From positions 1 to 64,000 of the IMG/VR virus record IMGVR_UViG_3300042402_002641: a stretch of 64,000 bases of DNA, one strand, 5' to 3'. The position numbers and the translations under genes were made by a program. Shown here piece after piece: positions 47,440 through 57,497 of this stretch (within the stretch, counting starts at the first letter, position 1; every line of letters starts with the position of its first letter). The notes under the pieces were generated by a model. That model was not told the DNA's origin. It did no database searches and worked only from the letters and a program-made list of their open reading frames with translations.

Positions 47440-48021
47440 ATGAAAAACAAACTTATACTCACAGACGCTGACGGTGTTCTACTAGATTGGGAATGGGCAT
47501 TCTCAGTTTGGATGCAAGAACGTGGTTATACACTCACAGCAGATAATAAGAAAAGCTATTATCTGCATCATCACTACAATGAGCTAGAAGAAAAAGATGC
47601 CAAAAAAGTTGTTAAGACTTTTAACGAATCGGCAGCAATTGGATTCTTACCAGCACTGCGGGATAGTGCTCACTATGTCAAACGCCTACATGAAGAACAT
47701 GGCTGTATGTTCCGTGTTATCACAAGCCTAAGTCTAGACAAGAATGCACAGAAACTGCGTGAAATGAACCTACGCAAGATATTTGGCAATGCCATCGAAA
47801 CGGTTATCTGTTTAGATACAGGCGCAAACAAAGATTCAGCATTAGAACCATATCGTGATAGCGGCCTGTGGTGGATTGAAGATAAACCAGCTAATGCTGA
47901 TGTTGGTTACACTTTAGGACTTAAATCAATTCTCATTGAACACGGACATAACATGCATCACAAATGTTCTTACCCTGTAGTCAAAAACTGGCGTGAACTC
48001 TACGATATTATTGTAGACTAA
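47440..48021 (+). CDS. HAD-family 5'-nucleotidase-like phosphatase
   Basis: DADGVLLDW, ITS, K, WIEDK. Confidence 0.85.
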   Translation: MKNKLILTDADGVLLDWEWAFSVWMQERGYTLTADNKKSYYLHHHYNELEEKDAKKVVKTFNESAAIGFLPALRDSAHYVKRLHEEHGCMFRVITSLSLDKNAQKLREMNLRKIFGNAIETVICLDTGANKDSALEPYRDSGLWWIEDKPANADVGYTLGLKSILIEHGHNMHHKCSYPVVKNWRELYDIIVD

Positions 48022-48239
48022 AGTTTCTCGCCACAATGAGGACAAGTTTGTTTGTGTTCTTCTCTACCTTGCTTTATCACTTTTTTTAACTTTCGAGCAT
48101 CACGCAAGCTACTCTTTATAGTTGATCTACATCGTTCGGATTTTGTTTTTTCTAATTCAATTTTTAGATTGTTTCTCAGTTTATGAAGTCTACCTTCAAA
48201 AATATCCAAGAAACCTGAAAGAGTTTTATTAGTAGACAT
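48018..48239 (-). CDS. small protein with C-terminal CPHC zinc knuckle
   Basis: AGGA RBS; TCPHCGEKL. Confidence 0.65.
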   Translation of the reverse strand: MSTNKTLSGFLDIFEGRLHKLRNNLKIELEKTKSERCRSTIKSSLRDARKLKKVIKQGREEHKQTCPHCGEKL

Positions 48240-48344
48240 CTGCTATTCCTTATTGAGATAAGTTTATTAGCAATATTTAAGTGATATTTGATTACACTAA
48301 GATTACAAATTCGTTAATTTTGTTAGAAAAATTAGCCAAAATAA

Positions 48345-48445
48345 AATGCTCACTTCAGGATGCCATTCCGGGGCACGACTCCCATAACATCCACGCCAGC
48401 AGCCGGCGACACCTATAGTAACGCAAACGTCCTAAGGTAGGTGTT
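48345..48445 (-). ncRNA. candidate structured ncRNA (possibly manA-like motif)
   Basis: GC-rich intergenic island with three consecutive stem domains. Confidence 0.5.
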
Positions 48446-49558
48446 CTATTCTTCCTGTTTCTCTAAGCGATAATCAGCTTCTGTGGAGTCTGGGTATCGT
48501 TGTAATACTTTGTTAAGTACATCTTGTTTGCTTTCGCCGGCGATACGAGCTGTTTTACCCGATGCTATCTGAGTAACTGCCCATGTGCCAGGAGTGGTGT
48601 CTGGGTCTGCATCAGGTTCAGCTTCTTCTTCCTCACCACTGTTGTAGCTCAAAGGAAACTTGTTCTTTAGATCTGCGACTGCTTTGGCAGGGTCGTATCC
48701 GCCACTGACAATTTCTGTAGAATTGGTTTTTAACTCCTCACCTTTGCGTTGGATAGCATCAGCGATACGTTTCATCAGGCCTGGAAACAGCTCAGCAAAC
48801 TTTTCGTCTCGGCGATTGCTTTGATTACCGTTGTTGATCTGATTGGTAGGCGCATGTATCTGCCATTTGCCCATGACATCATCTGCGTTCTGTTTGTCAA
48901 ATACTGAAATGATAGGGCCATCATCGGCATAGCGGTTAAACCAAGAAGCACCCGAACTTGATCCTGTGCAGAACGATGCATTAAATCCGTGTGCATTGTT
49001 GAAATTATAACAGGCACCGTAGTTGTAGGGCACAGTGACCAGAAAACGTTCATCGTCTATCAGCGTGGTTTCTTTCTTTTCACGTTTGTGTTTTTCAATA
49101 ACTTCTGAGTCTTTGATCCTATTCAACTCGTCACGGTACACACGATTCTGTATGATAGCCTGTATCTGGCGTAGATTTTTGAACTTGTTGAAGTCTTGGT
49201 GTGGTTCTTGCAGCTTGCCACGTATACTCAAAGCCTTCCAAGCACCCAGTGCGTCACCGCCTTCACCGTTGATGTCTTCATAGTCAGCGATGCCATTGAT
49301 GTACATGCGTGTGAGCCATTCATCAAATTTGCCATCCTGTGATATATCGCCATAGTCTGTGCTGGCCAAAGAAGCATCTAACAGCTCGCTCCAGAGCTGT
49401 AAGATCTTTTCATCGTCGGGCTTTGGTCCTAGTGCAGCTACTTTTGCCTTAGGCAGTGTACCATCGTGCCGCATGGCAATGCCCAACATCTTAATGGTCT
49501 TGGGATCTTTTAACTTAGCTGCCACATTGGCTTCGTGTATTATGTGTTTGAGTTTCAT
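48446..49558 (-). CDS. hypothetical protein (PcfJ-like WCT-type domain), probable internal head protein
   Basis: MKLKHIIHEA start; DFNKFK..SFCTG..FNRY..KWQIH. Confidence 0.6.
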   Translation of the reverse strand: MKLKHIIHEANVAAKLKDPKTIKMLGIAMRHDGTLPKAKVAALGPKPDDEKILQLWSELLDASLASTDYGDISQDGKFDEWLTRMYINGIADYEDINGEGGDALGAWKALSIRGKLQEPHQDFNKFKNLRQIQAIIQNRVYRDELNRIKDSEVIEKHKREKKETTLIDDERFLVTVPYNYGACYNFNNAHGFNASFCTGSSSGASWFNRYADDGPIISVFDKQNADDVMGKWQIHAPTNQINNGNQSNRRDEKFAELFPGLMKRIADAIQRKGEELKTNSTEIVSGGYDPAKAVADLKNKFPLSYNSGEEEEAEPDADPDTTPGTWAVTQIASGKTARIAGESKQDVLNKVLQRYPDSTEADYRLEKQEE

Positions 49559-50424
49559 CCTGATATCAAGCTCCTTTTAAAGAAGCTCAGCACGGTGCCT
49601 AGTTTAGCTGTGTCTCCGTTGGAAATGTCCTGTAATAGCTGTCTAGGACCTTCGGGAAACTGTGCAGCTACTCCGCCGCCGCCATATCGACTGCGCTCAA
49701 GGTTGCCAGTCTTGTCTGGATAGTAATGGCTGGCTGCCATCAGTACTGCTGAGTTGATAGCACTGTTAAGGAATCCTGGAATATCCTCAGAACCTGCCTC
49801 AAGGGATTCAAGGCCGTTCTGTAACATCTCAATGTGATTTAGTTTCTTCTTGGCCTTTTCAAAGGCATCGTTCTTGATCTGGTTAGCGATGTGCCCTTTG
49901 ATGTCTGCTATGCTGGCTGTGATAGCACGAGACCACAGAGGCTTGAATTTTTTCACCAGTGTTTGTTGTGTGACTTCTGGTGAGCCTTTATCTTTGTTGA
50001 GTTCACTGCGTTTTCTACGCTTGTCTCGGACATCGTTGGAGTTCCTAGCCACATAGAATTTCTGCAGTTTTCCTATCTCGCCTTTGAGGAAATCTAGAAT
50101 ATTGCCACCTCGACCGTCGGAGGCTTTTTTGACTTCTCCGCCTGAACTAGCCACTGCATCATAACCTGAACCACCTGATTTGATAGCACCTATGCCATTG
50201 GCGCCTTTGATGATGACCCAAGAAGCTCGGTCTTTGATTTCACTCCAGGATATCTTATCTATCTGCGAGTAGCCTAGATCGTGTGCCAACTGCATGTCTT
50301 TGTGCAGAGCCAGTACCACTTCTTTACCCCCTGGCGATCCTGCTATGAGATTCATAGAAGTACTATCTTCGTTGATATAGCCTTCCAGCAGTTCAGCAAA
50401 TATTTTATAGCTTTCTGTACGCAT
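49555..50424 (-). CDS. hypothetical phage protein
   Basis: Start MRTESYKIFAELLE. Confidence 0.7.
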   Translation of the reverse strand: MRTESYKIFAELLEGYINEDSTSMNLIAGSPGGKEVVLALHKDMQLAHDLGYSQIDKISWSEIKDRASWVIIKGANGIGAIKSGGSGYDAVASSGGEVKKASDGRGGNILDFLKGEIGKLQKFYVARNSNDVRDKRRKRSELNKDKGSPEVTQQTLVKKFKPLWSRAITASIADIKGHIANQIKNDAFEKAKKKLNHIEMLQNGLESLEAGSEDIPGFLNSAINSAVLMAASHYYPDKTGNLERSRYGGGGVAAQFPEGPRQLLQDISNGDTAKLGTVLSFFKRSLISG

Positions 50425-50425
50425 G

Positions 50426-50872
50426 TTAATTACACCAAGATTGTTTAGCCTCACCATAGTATTCACGAGCAAAGCCGTTGGCAATTAGAGCAGCTCTAAG
50501 ACTCTGTCCGTTGACTAGAATGTCACCGAGAACACGACCACCAAACTTGTCCCACCCGTATAGAGTTGCTTGAAACTTTCCACCTTGAGCGGCTGCGGTT
50601 GCAATTGCATTTTTAGTGAAAGCAGAGGCAGCTTCTCCTCTTTGGGCTTCCTGAGGGCATTGTGCTCTATGTCCTTTTTCCGGAGTATCGACTCCATAGA
50701 CTCGTACCGCAAGTTCTGGCTTGAGTGGCGCAGGTAGAAAGGGTGCAGCGATCACAACTGTGTCGCCGTCCGTTATTCTTAATATCTGTGCGTCATAGGT
50801 GACGCCTTTAGGAGTTTTCTGTGCAAATGCCAGTAAAGGCACTGTCAATAATAATAGTAGTAGTTTTTTCAT
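50426..50872 (-). CDS. secreted thermonuclease (SNase)
   Basis: Signal peptide; DGDT, RVYGVDTPE, DKFGGRVLG. Confidence 0.92.
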   Translation of the reverse strand: MKKLLLLLLTVPLLAFAQKTPKGVTYDAQILRITDGDTVVIAAPFLPAPLKPELAVRVYGVDTPEKGHRAQCPQEAQRGEAASAFTKNAIATAAAQGGKFQATLYGWDKFGGRVLGDILVNGQSLRAALIANGFAREYYGEAKQSWCN

Positions 50873-50893
50873 GTTGGGTCCTAGTGATTGTAT

Positions 50894-51529
50894 TTATTCG
50901 TATGTAACAGTGTCTGAGTCGCCTAGGCGCCACTTAGGATTAGTTTCTACCACCCATTTCTTTGTGGCTACCTTGAAGTCCGGATGCAGCATCTCTTGGG
51001 GATTTGAGGCAGCATCAAAGAATCTACAGCGATTGTTGGGCTGTGCAGCATACTGTCCGTTGTCTAGTTCGATAAAGTTAAAACTCTTGTGATCTTCGGG
51101 CCACTCTGAATAAGTGGTGTCTATGATGTTCATGTCAGGTGCGGCATTGTCCACTGTGAACAAGTAGTTGCCCTTGTGTAGCTGACGATCCTTGGCATAG
51201 AACTCACAGCTGAGATTGCGTAGGAATGCTTTCTGGATCACAGCAATGTCATAGCTGAAGCAGTCCCAGATCTGTAAGGTGTCAAGGCTTAGGAACTTGT
51301 CTGATTCTAGGTCAGTGTTTCTACTCACATAAGCGTGTAGGGGCAGCTTGTCATAGAGAGCACCGTATCTGGGCAAATAACTTTCTATACGAAATGCTTG
51401 ACTGCGTAGGCTTTTGATTGAAACCCAGATGCAGGGTTCATACTCACCGTGTCCTGATTTAAAATCGTATAAGAACTCTCGTCTTACAAAACAATGTATT
51501 GGAGGAAGGTTCGCTACTAAGAAGCTCAT
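50894..51529 (-). CDS. conserved phage hypothetical protein
   Basis: NLPP..WDCFS..GQYAAQPNNR. Confidence 0.75.
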   Translation of the reverse strand: MSFLVANLPPIHCFVRREFLYDFKSGHGEYEPCIWVSIKSLRSQAFRIESYLPRYGALYDKLPLHAYVSRNTDLESDKFLSLDTLQIWDCFSYDIAVIQKAFLRNLSCEFYAKDRQLHKGNYLFTVDNAAPDMNIIDTTYSEWPEDHKSFNFIELDNGQYAAQPNNRCRFFDAASNPQEMLHPDFKVATKKWVVETNPKWRLGDSDTVTYE

Positions 51530-51687
51530 CAGTTATAACCACGGTTGACATTCTTGTCCACACAATCTGCACAGTGGCAGTCTGGGCAGTCACAGTCATC
51601 TGTCATACAGCTAAATCCGCAGTGTGCGGTACACCAACAGATGCATTTGGGTTTTAGTCGTTGATATGTTGTGTCATTGTCTTCCAT
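51529..51687 (-). CDS. Cys-rich small protein (metallothionein-like)
   Basis: 10 Cys and 2 His in 52 aa; AAGGA RBS. Confidence 0.6.
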   Translation of the reverse strand: MEDNDTTYQRLKPKCICWCTAHCGFSCMTDDCDCPDCHCADCVDKNVNRGYN

Positions 51688-51728
51688 TGTTCGATCCTTA
51701 TACAATGTTGATATATTTTCTATACATT

Positions 51729-52445
51729 TCAATTCTCTACCAATAATAAATCAAAGGCTGCGGTGTATCTACCGTTGTTGGTTCTGCCTGTCACTCGCAC
51801 ATCAATATCCGACTTTTCTGGAACGGGAGGTGGAAATGCAAAGTCATAGGTGTATTGTCCACCAGTACCGCCCACTTCAAAGGTATGCTGTGTTCTAAAA
51901 CTTTCTTCACCAAAATATCTCACAAACATATTGCCTGTGGCATCAGAACCAACTTGTGCTGAAGCAGTGCCTTTGTAAAGATAACCAGTGTATCCAGCAG
52001 GCACAGTATACACAGCCATCAGTGTCTGACCTTTGGTAGCAGTGATGCGAGCCACTGTGGTAGACTCTCGCTGTATGTCAATGTTGCCTACATTTGTAGT
52101 GCCGTCTGCTACGAACGCTCTGAACACTCGCTTGAACACCACAGTACCAGTGTTATTGCTGGCGTTGGTTAAAGTGATAGTTTCTTGTGTTTGATTGTAG
52201 TCAGCATCTAGTCCTATAACTGTGACGACCTTGTTGGCATCATCGGTACTGGCTCTATCTAGATTAACAACTCCTGCTGTGTCAAACGCTGACCAAGGAT
52301 ACACAGTGTCGTTGATATCCCATACACTGCCTGTGCTGTTTGTGCTCATTGCTGGCACAGCACCAAACTTGTGTACAAAGGAATGATCAGTGATGTTGCC
52401 TTCGGCAACCATTTGATTAAAAGGATGTTGCTTGCGATTGGCCAT
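51729..52445 (-). CDS. probable virion structural protein
   Basis: Beta-rich, HKFG motif, late operon. Confidence 0.55.
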   Translation of the reverse strand: MANRKQHPFNQMVAEGNITDHSFVHKFGAVPAMSTNSTGSVWDINDTVYPWSAFDTAGVVNLDRASTDDANKVVTVIGLDADYNQTQETITLTNASNNTGTVVFKRVFRAFVADGTTNVGNIDIQRESTTVARITATKGQTLMAVYTVPAGYTGYLYKGTASAQVGSDATGNMFVRYFGEESFRTQHTFEVGGTGGQYTYDFAFPPPVPEKSDIDVRVTGRTNNGRYTAAFDLLLVEN

Positions 52446-52448
52446 CTG

Positions 52449-53207
52449 TTAGAAACCGTTGGTTGCTGAGTTATGAAATATTCTACCTGTCCATGTGGAT
52501 GTTTTGGTAATAGTAGGTGTAGAGTAACTCACAACCATTGTGCCAGGTCCAGTGTTATTACCGAACATGATCCTAATTGGATAATAGACATTTTGTGTTA
52601 GGCTGATAGTGCCACTTTGTTCAGTGGTACCATGTAGGCCTCCGTTTTGCACCACAGCGTTGGTATGAGTATATCCTTCAATGGCATTGGGACCTATCCA
52701 CATGTAACTAGCATCGTCTGTGTTAGTGAAAAAGGTGTATGTTTCTGTTGTTGGCGCAAGGAAATAACCTATCAACAGAATAGAATTGTATTGAGGCTGT
52801 GAGGTGATATTCAATGTGACCAACGTGCCTTGTGTTTCAGTCACAGGTGCAACCACAGGATTGTCGAAGAACTCTAGATCATCATTTGTTGGCGTGAAGT
52901 CGAGGCCAAAATACCCATTGGCATTGGTAGTTCCTACTCTATTGTAGAAGTAAATGTCAGGATCGAATGTGATGCCGGCAATGTTGATCCAGGGGCGCCC
53001 TTGAACTAATCCGCCAGTGTTGGTATTATTCAAAATTGCGTTGTTTGAATATTTTGTGGGTAGGGCATTTATATCGTAGGTATTATTTTGTCGATATCTG
53101 ATTGCTGTAGTGTCGCCGCCTGCCTGACGTTGAGTTTGAGCTAAATCAAGTTTTGCCTCTTGTCTTTCTTGTTTAGTTGCCAGTGTTGATATTCCGTTAG
53201 CTGCCAT
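52449..53207 (-). CDS. PA14-domain protein
   Basis: GYFLAPTTETYTF..DDASYMWIG..NGGLHG..YYPIRI. Confidence 0.85.
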   Translation of the reverse strand: MAANGISTLATKQERQEAKLDLAQTQRQAGGDTTAIRYRQNNTYDINALPTKYSNNAILNNTNTGGLVQGRPWINIAGITFDPDIYFYNRVGTTNANGYFGLDFTPTNDDLEFFDNPVVAPVTETQGTLVTLNITSQPQYNSILLIGYFLAPTTETYTFFTNTDDASYMWIGPNAIEGYTHTNAVVQNGGLHGTTEQSGTISLTQNVYYPIRIMFGNNTGPGTMVVSYSTPTITKTSTWTGRIFHNSATNGF

Positions 53208-53524
53208 TATCTTGCTCCGTATACTTTACCAGGGTAGATGCTGGGCTGTTCACCGCGTATGTCTGCTGGATGTTTAGGGGTCTGCATGCCGCCGCCTGCT
53301 GCGGTAGTAACTGAGTCCATGGCTGCGTATTCTTCTTTTGGTGTGTTTGAATATTCTGTCTGCTCGCCGTTGTCTGCTAGATCTACAATCTGCTTAAATC
53401 TGCGGACATCGTCATTGTAGAACTCGTCGTTGGGCACTGTTTGGTCAGGCTGTGCAGTATCAGTTGACTTTTCAGCACTGTCGATCATGTCTAATATACC
53501 ACGAATAATTTCTTGCACTCTCAT
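53207..53524 (-). CDS. hypothetical phage protein
   Basis: [12 protein letters not shown]; [16 protein letters not shown]. Confidence 0.7.
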   Translation of the reverse strand: MRVQEIIRGILDMIDSAEKSTDTAQPDQTVPNDEFYNDDVRRFKQIVDLADNGEQTEYSNTPKEEYAAMDSVTTAAGGGMQTPKHPADIRGEQPSIYPGKVYGAR

Positions 53525-53567
53525 TGGTTGTCTCCGATTGAATATTTATCGGTTAAATATGTTTACT

Positions 53568-54770
53568 ATGATAAACAAAGAACCTTTTAAACAGCTGATC
53601 AAAGACATGAAACACTCGGGCAAATACCGTGTTTTCAACGACATCATCCGCGAACGCGGCGATTTCCCTAGAGCCATATGGTACGGCCCCTACAACATCA
53701 AAACCATAGTAAATTGGTGCTCAAATGATTATCTAGGCATGGGTCAGCACAAGGTGGTTCTAGATGCCATGCACACAGCTTTAGATCAAACAGGTTCAGG
53801 ATCTGGAGGCACTAGAAACATAGGTGGCACTAGCCATTATCATGTAGCCCTAGAACATGAACTGGCGCTGTTGCACAACAAGGCTCAAGCATTACTGTTT
53901 TCAAGTGCCTATGTGGCTAATGAATGGACACTAATAGCTCTAAGCAAGATAATACCCGACATACATTTTGTGTCAGATGCCAACAATCACAACAGTCTAA
54001 TCATAGGTATGTCACACAGTCGAGCACCTAAAACTGTGTTTCGACACAACGATCTCAATCATCTTGAAGACATACTGTGTGCAGTAAAACTTGCAGGCCA
54101 GACCGCCTGTATAGTATTTGAATCAGTCTACAGCATGGACGGCGATGTTGGAGACATACGAGGAATATGTGACCTAGCGGACAAGTACGGTGCTATCACT
54201 TATATCGACGAAGTACATGCGGTAGGACTCTATGGAACCCACGGTGGTGGGAAGGTTGAAGAGCTGGGGCTAGAATCCCGTATTGACATAGTCAATGGTA
54301 CATTAGGGAAAGCCTATGGAGTCCAAGGTGGCTATATCGCTGCCGATGCAGATGTCGTAGATGCGATACGCAGTGTAGCCGCTGGGTTCATATTCACAAC
54401 GTCAATGAGCCCAGTGACCTGCGCAGGCGCATTGGCAGCTGTGAAGTATTTGAAAGATCACAACGAAATCAGAGACAAACATCAAGAACGTGCCCGCAAG
54501 CTCAAACACAGATTGCGTGCCAACGGTATCACAGTAATGGAATGTTCAACCACCCACATAGTGCCGGTACTAGTAGGAGAAGCTAAGAAGTGCAAAGCCA
54601 TAAGCGATGACTTACTTAATGAACATAACATCTACATACAACCCATCAACAGTCCAACGGTCGCAGTGGGCACAGAACGGCTGCGTATTGCACCTACTCC
54701 ATTTCACGATGATGGCATGATTGAAGATTTGATCGTTGCACTTAAAGATGTGTTTAATAAAAACTGTTAG
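53568..54770 (+). CDS. hemA: 5-aminolevulinate synthase (C4/Shemin pathway)
   Basis: [33 protein letters not shown] (PLP Lys), FIFTTS. Confidence 0.94.
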   Translation: MINKEPFKQLIKDMKHSGKYRVFNDIIRERGDFPRAIWYGPYNIKTIVNWCSNDYLGMGQHKVVLDAMHTALDQTGSGSGGTRNIGGTSHYHVALEHELALLHNKAQALLFSSAYVANEWTLIALSKIIPDIHFVSDANNHNSLIIGMSHSRAPKTVFRHNDLNHLEDILCAVKLAGQTACIVFESVYSMDGDVGDIRGICDLADKYGAITYIDEVHAVGLYGTHGGGKVEELGLESRIDIVNGTLGKAYGVQGGYIAADADVVDAIRSVAAGFIFTTSMSPVTCAGALAAVKYLKDHNEIRDKHQERARKLKHRLRANGITVMECSTTHIVPVLVGEAKKCKAISDDLLNEHNIYIQPINSPTVAVGTERLRIAPTPFHDDGMIEDLIVALKDVFNKNC

Positions 54771-55629
54771 TCTTTAGATACCTGCAGTATTCTTGAATGC
54801 CCTGCCAAGGCTCGTAGAACAAATCGGTGCGTACTTCTGCAAGTTCTAATGCTGAAATATCGGCCTTTGTTTCTAATTGATACTGTGCCTTGAGATCCTC
54901 AGGCATAACAATAGAACACTTTGTTCCAGCGCCGCATTCGTTGATCACAATGTTGGCAATGCTGTCAAAGTCCACGCTGGCGCCTGTACCTAGATCATAC
55001 ACACCGGGCTTATAGTTTTTCACAAAATGATGTATGGTACTGACAACATCTTCTACCCAAATAAAGTCTCTTCGATAGTTATTACTGTTTTCAAAGATGT
55101 TGATCTTGCGGTCTGTCTGTATTTGGTTATACCAATGCATTATAGTACTGGCCATACGACCTTTGTGATATTCGTTGGGACCGTAGACATTAAACAGTCT
55201 TAGTACTACTCCTGTGATTTCTTGTTCGCTGACCTGTTTGCTAAAAGCATACTGATTAAGTGGGCCGTTGCCATTACCATACACTGCTGCTGAACTGGTA
55301 AAGATAAAAGGTATTGTATGTTCTAGACAAAAGGCATTCCACATGCGAGTTGACAATACATTGGTCTTGTAGATAGATGGCCAATTGCGTTCCAACGTGC
55401 TGGAGTTGGCGCCTATGTGTATGACTGCTTGAATGTCTTTGGGATTGAATGTGGTCTTTTCAAATGTAGAGTGCGGATGAATGCTCCTGAACCGTTTGCC
55501 CACAAGATTACGATACTGTGTTTCGTTTAGCAAATCATCAAACAGTACTACATCAGAGATACCTTTCTTGTTTAGATAGCCCAACATCACGCTGCCAATG
55601 AAGCCGCCTGCTCCTGTTAGTATAATCAT
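54754..55629 (-). CDS. hldD: ADP-L-glycero-D-manno-heptose 6-epimerase
   Basis: [37 protein letters not shown]. Confidence 0.88.
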   Translation of the reverse strand: MIILTGAGGFIGSVMLGYLNKKGISDVVLFDDLLNETQYRNLVGKRFRSIHPHSTFEKTTFNPKDIQAVIHIGANSSTLERNWPSIYKTNVLSTRMWNAFCLEHTIPFIFTSSAAVYGNGNGPLNQYAFSKQVSEQEITGVVLRLFNVYGPNEYHKGRMASTIMHWYNQIQTDRKINIFENSNNYRRDFIWVEDVVSTIHHFVKNYKPGVYDLGTGASVDFDSIANIVINECGAGTKCSIVMPEDLKAQYQLETKADISALELAEVRTDLFYEPWQGIQEYCRYLKTNSFY

Positions 55630-56387
55630 AGTATCTCTTCCATACTAGGAGCATAACAGCCAACGTGCTGAACTGTGATAGCAGCAGCTTGGTTGGCAAA
55701 GTCCATGGCTCTTTTTATATCTTTGGTATGTAGATAGTTGTAGACGAGAGCAGCAAGGAATGTATCTCCTGCGCCTGTAACATCTACAACTTCTACTTTT
55801 GGTACTTTAGAACTATACTCGTGGTGGACTGCATCCGCACCTTTGCTACCACGTGTAACAATCAATCCACTACATTCGCTTTTGATCTTGGTGTACTCTA
55901 ACTCGTTGATCTTTACCCATGCACCTTGCATACGTTCTAGATCTGTTTTCTTAGTATCAATAAAGATAGGAATACTCAGTGCTATCAGTTCTTCTATAAG
56001 TTCGTAGCTAACTGTTCCTTTATTGTAGTCACTGACCACAACAGCATCATACACATCAGGAATATCAGTTTCAAAGGTCAACGGATCAGATGCAACATCA
56101 TTGTCGATGCGCACAATCTGTTGTCGACTACGCTCATCAATCAATCTAGTCTTGGTACTGGTCTCACCAAACAGATAGTTTACTTCGCAGCCTAACGCTT
56201 CTAGATTATTGTAGACATTACCAGCCATACCATCACGTTCTTCTTTACGTGTAGGTACAAATACAGGAACAGGAGCCTCTGGACTCAAGCGATCAATTGT
56301 GCCGTATTGATAAATGTCTTTACAGTTATCACCGATTAGTAATATCCTGAATGGTTTTTGTTGTTGAGTAGGGTTCAATTCGATCAT
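55626..56387 (-). CDS. heptose-7-phosphate kinase (RfaE domain I, PfkB family)
   Basis: RLSPEAPVPV, SDYNKG, DVTGAGDTF. Confidence 0.9.
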   Translation of the reverse strand: MIELNPTQQQKPFRILLIGDNCKDIYQYGTIDRLSPEAPVPVFVPTRKEERDGMAGNVYNNLEALGCEVNYLFGETSTKTRLIDERSRQQIVRIDNDVASDPLTFETDIPDVYDAVVVSDYNKGTVSYELIEELIALSIPIFIDTKKTDLERMQGAWVKINELEYTKIKSECSGLIVTRGSKGADAVHHEYSSKVPKVEVVDVTGAGDTFLAALVYNYLHTKDIKRAMDFANQAAAITVQHVGCYAPSMEEIL

Positions 56388-56730
56388 AGTATATTACTTT
56401 ATTACAATATTGATGTGCTGTGGACTCTGTATCATGTTTCCAATCACTGCCTTTAACATAAACATCCGGCTTGTATCGTTCCATTAACTTAACTAGTTCT
56501 TCCTTGCTGTCAAAGAACTCCACAATATCTACAGCCTTAAGATTACTCAACATGATTCTGCGATCGTTCTGATTGTTAATAGGGCGGCTTTCGCCTTTGA
56601 GTTCCTTGACACGTCGGTCAGTGTCAATAGCTACAACGAGATGATCACCGTAACTGCGAGCTGTGTTTAACAAGGCAACGTGCCCTGGATGTAGCACATC
56701 AAACGTGCCATTAACCATTACTGTGGTCAT
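56329..56730 (-). CDS. heptose-1-phosphate nucleotidyltransferase (RfaE domain II)
   Basis: NGTFDVLHPGH, KGESRPIN, VKGSDW, STT. Confidence 0.9.
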   Translation of the reverse strand: MTTVMVNGTFDVLHPGHVALLNTARSYGDHLVVAIDTDRRVKELKGESRPINNQNDRRIMLSNLKAVDIVEFFDSKEELVKLMERYKPDVYVKGSDWKHDTESTAHQYCNKVIYYDRIEPYSTTKTIQDITNR

Positions 56731-57098
56731 TTTGATTGACTATCACCTGGTATAATTCTGTAGTTGTCCTCAACTGAGTCTGCTGTGCTGACTTCAAAGA
56801 TCATCGAGTTTGGTTTTAAGGCCACAAGCTGATGTGGCAGCATTGGAGGATTATGCCATGTGTCACCTTCTTGAAGTATCTTTTCGTGATAGGTTGCTGT
56901 CTTGGTATCACACCAAACTAATTTAAATTGGCCTGCATTTACAAACCAGGTTTCGTCTTTTTCTTTGTGAAGATGCATACTAAATTTTGCACCGACCTTT
57001 TCAAATACCATAATCTTACCACAGTATCTGTCATTGGTAGCCCAAATGATTTCATAGCCCCAACCTTTCGCCACTCGTCCGTCTAGTCTTTGTTGCAT
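56727..57098 (-). CDS. cupin-fold sugar isomerase-like protein
   Basis: KGWGYE, SMHLHKEKDETW, PH, EVST. Confidence 0.85.
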   Translation of the reverse strand: MQQRLDGRVAKGWGYEIIWATNDRYCGKIMVFEKVGAKFSMHLHKEKDETWFVNAGQFKLVWCDTKTATYHEKILQEGDTWHNPPMLPHQLVALKPNSMIFEVSTADSVEDNYRIIPGDSQSK

Positions 57099-57110
57099 AT
57101 ATAAATCACC

Positions 57111-57497
57111 TTACATCTGTGTTGCAGCCGTTGCCTGTGTATCACCGGGTGCCAGCCTGAATCGATCTTCTACATAGTCTGCAGTTCCTACCTCAAAGAT
57201 GATTGAGTTAGCCACCAATGCTTCTATTTGGTGAGGACCTAGAGCTGCAAAATCCACAGTCTTGCCTTCTTCTAGCTCAGCATGTTTGGTTTCACCTGTG
57301 GCAATGTCTATAAAAGTAAGTTTAAAACGACCAGCATTAATAAACCAACTCTTAGATTTATCTTTGTGAAACACTAGACTGGTTTTAGCACCAACCCGTT
57401 CAAACACAAGCAGTTTGCCACAGTACTTGTCGCAATTAGCAAATATTATTTCAAATCCCCAACCCTTGTCTATTTTTCCTGGTGTCTGTAGGTTCAT
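57111..57497 (-). CDS. cupin paralog with degenerate metal site
   Basis: KGWGFE, SLVFHKDKSKSW (first His and Glu lost). Confidence 0.8.
   Translation of the reverse strand: MNLQTPGKIDKGWGFEIIFANCDKYCGKLLVFERVGAKTSLVFHKDKSKSWFINAGRFKLTFIDIATGETKHAELEEGKTVDFAALGPHQIEALVANSIIFEVGTADYVEDRFRLAPGDTQATAATQM

Larger units (their letters stand above)
2601..53559. promoter_or_regulatory. dispersed T4-type late promoter motif TAAATA
   Basis: Minus-strand copies at 2601, 3716, 9288, 10451, 11992, 17528, 28636, 36291, 38335, 41145, 42453, 43024; plus-strand copies at 45316, 53554; all just upstream of gene starts. Confidence 0.7.
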
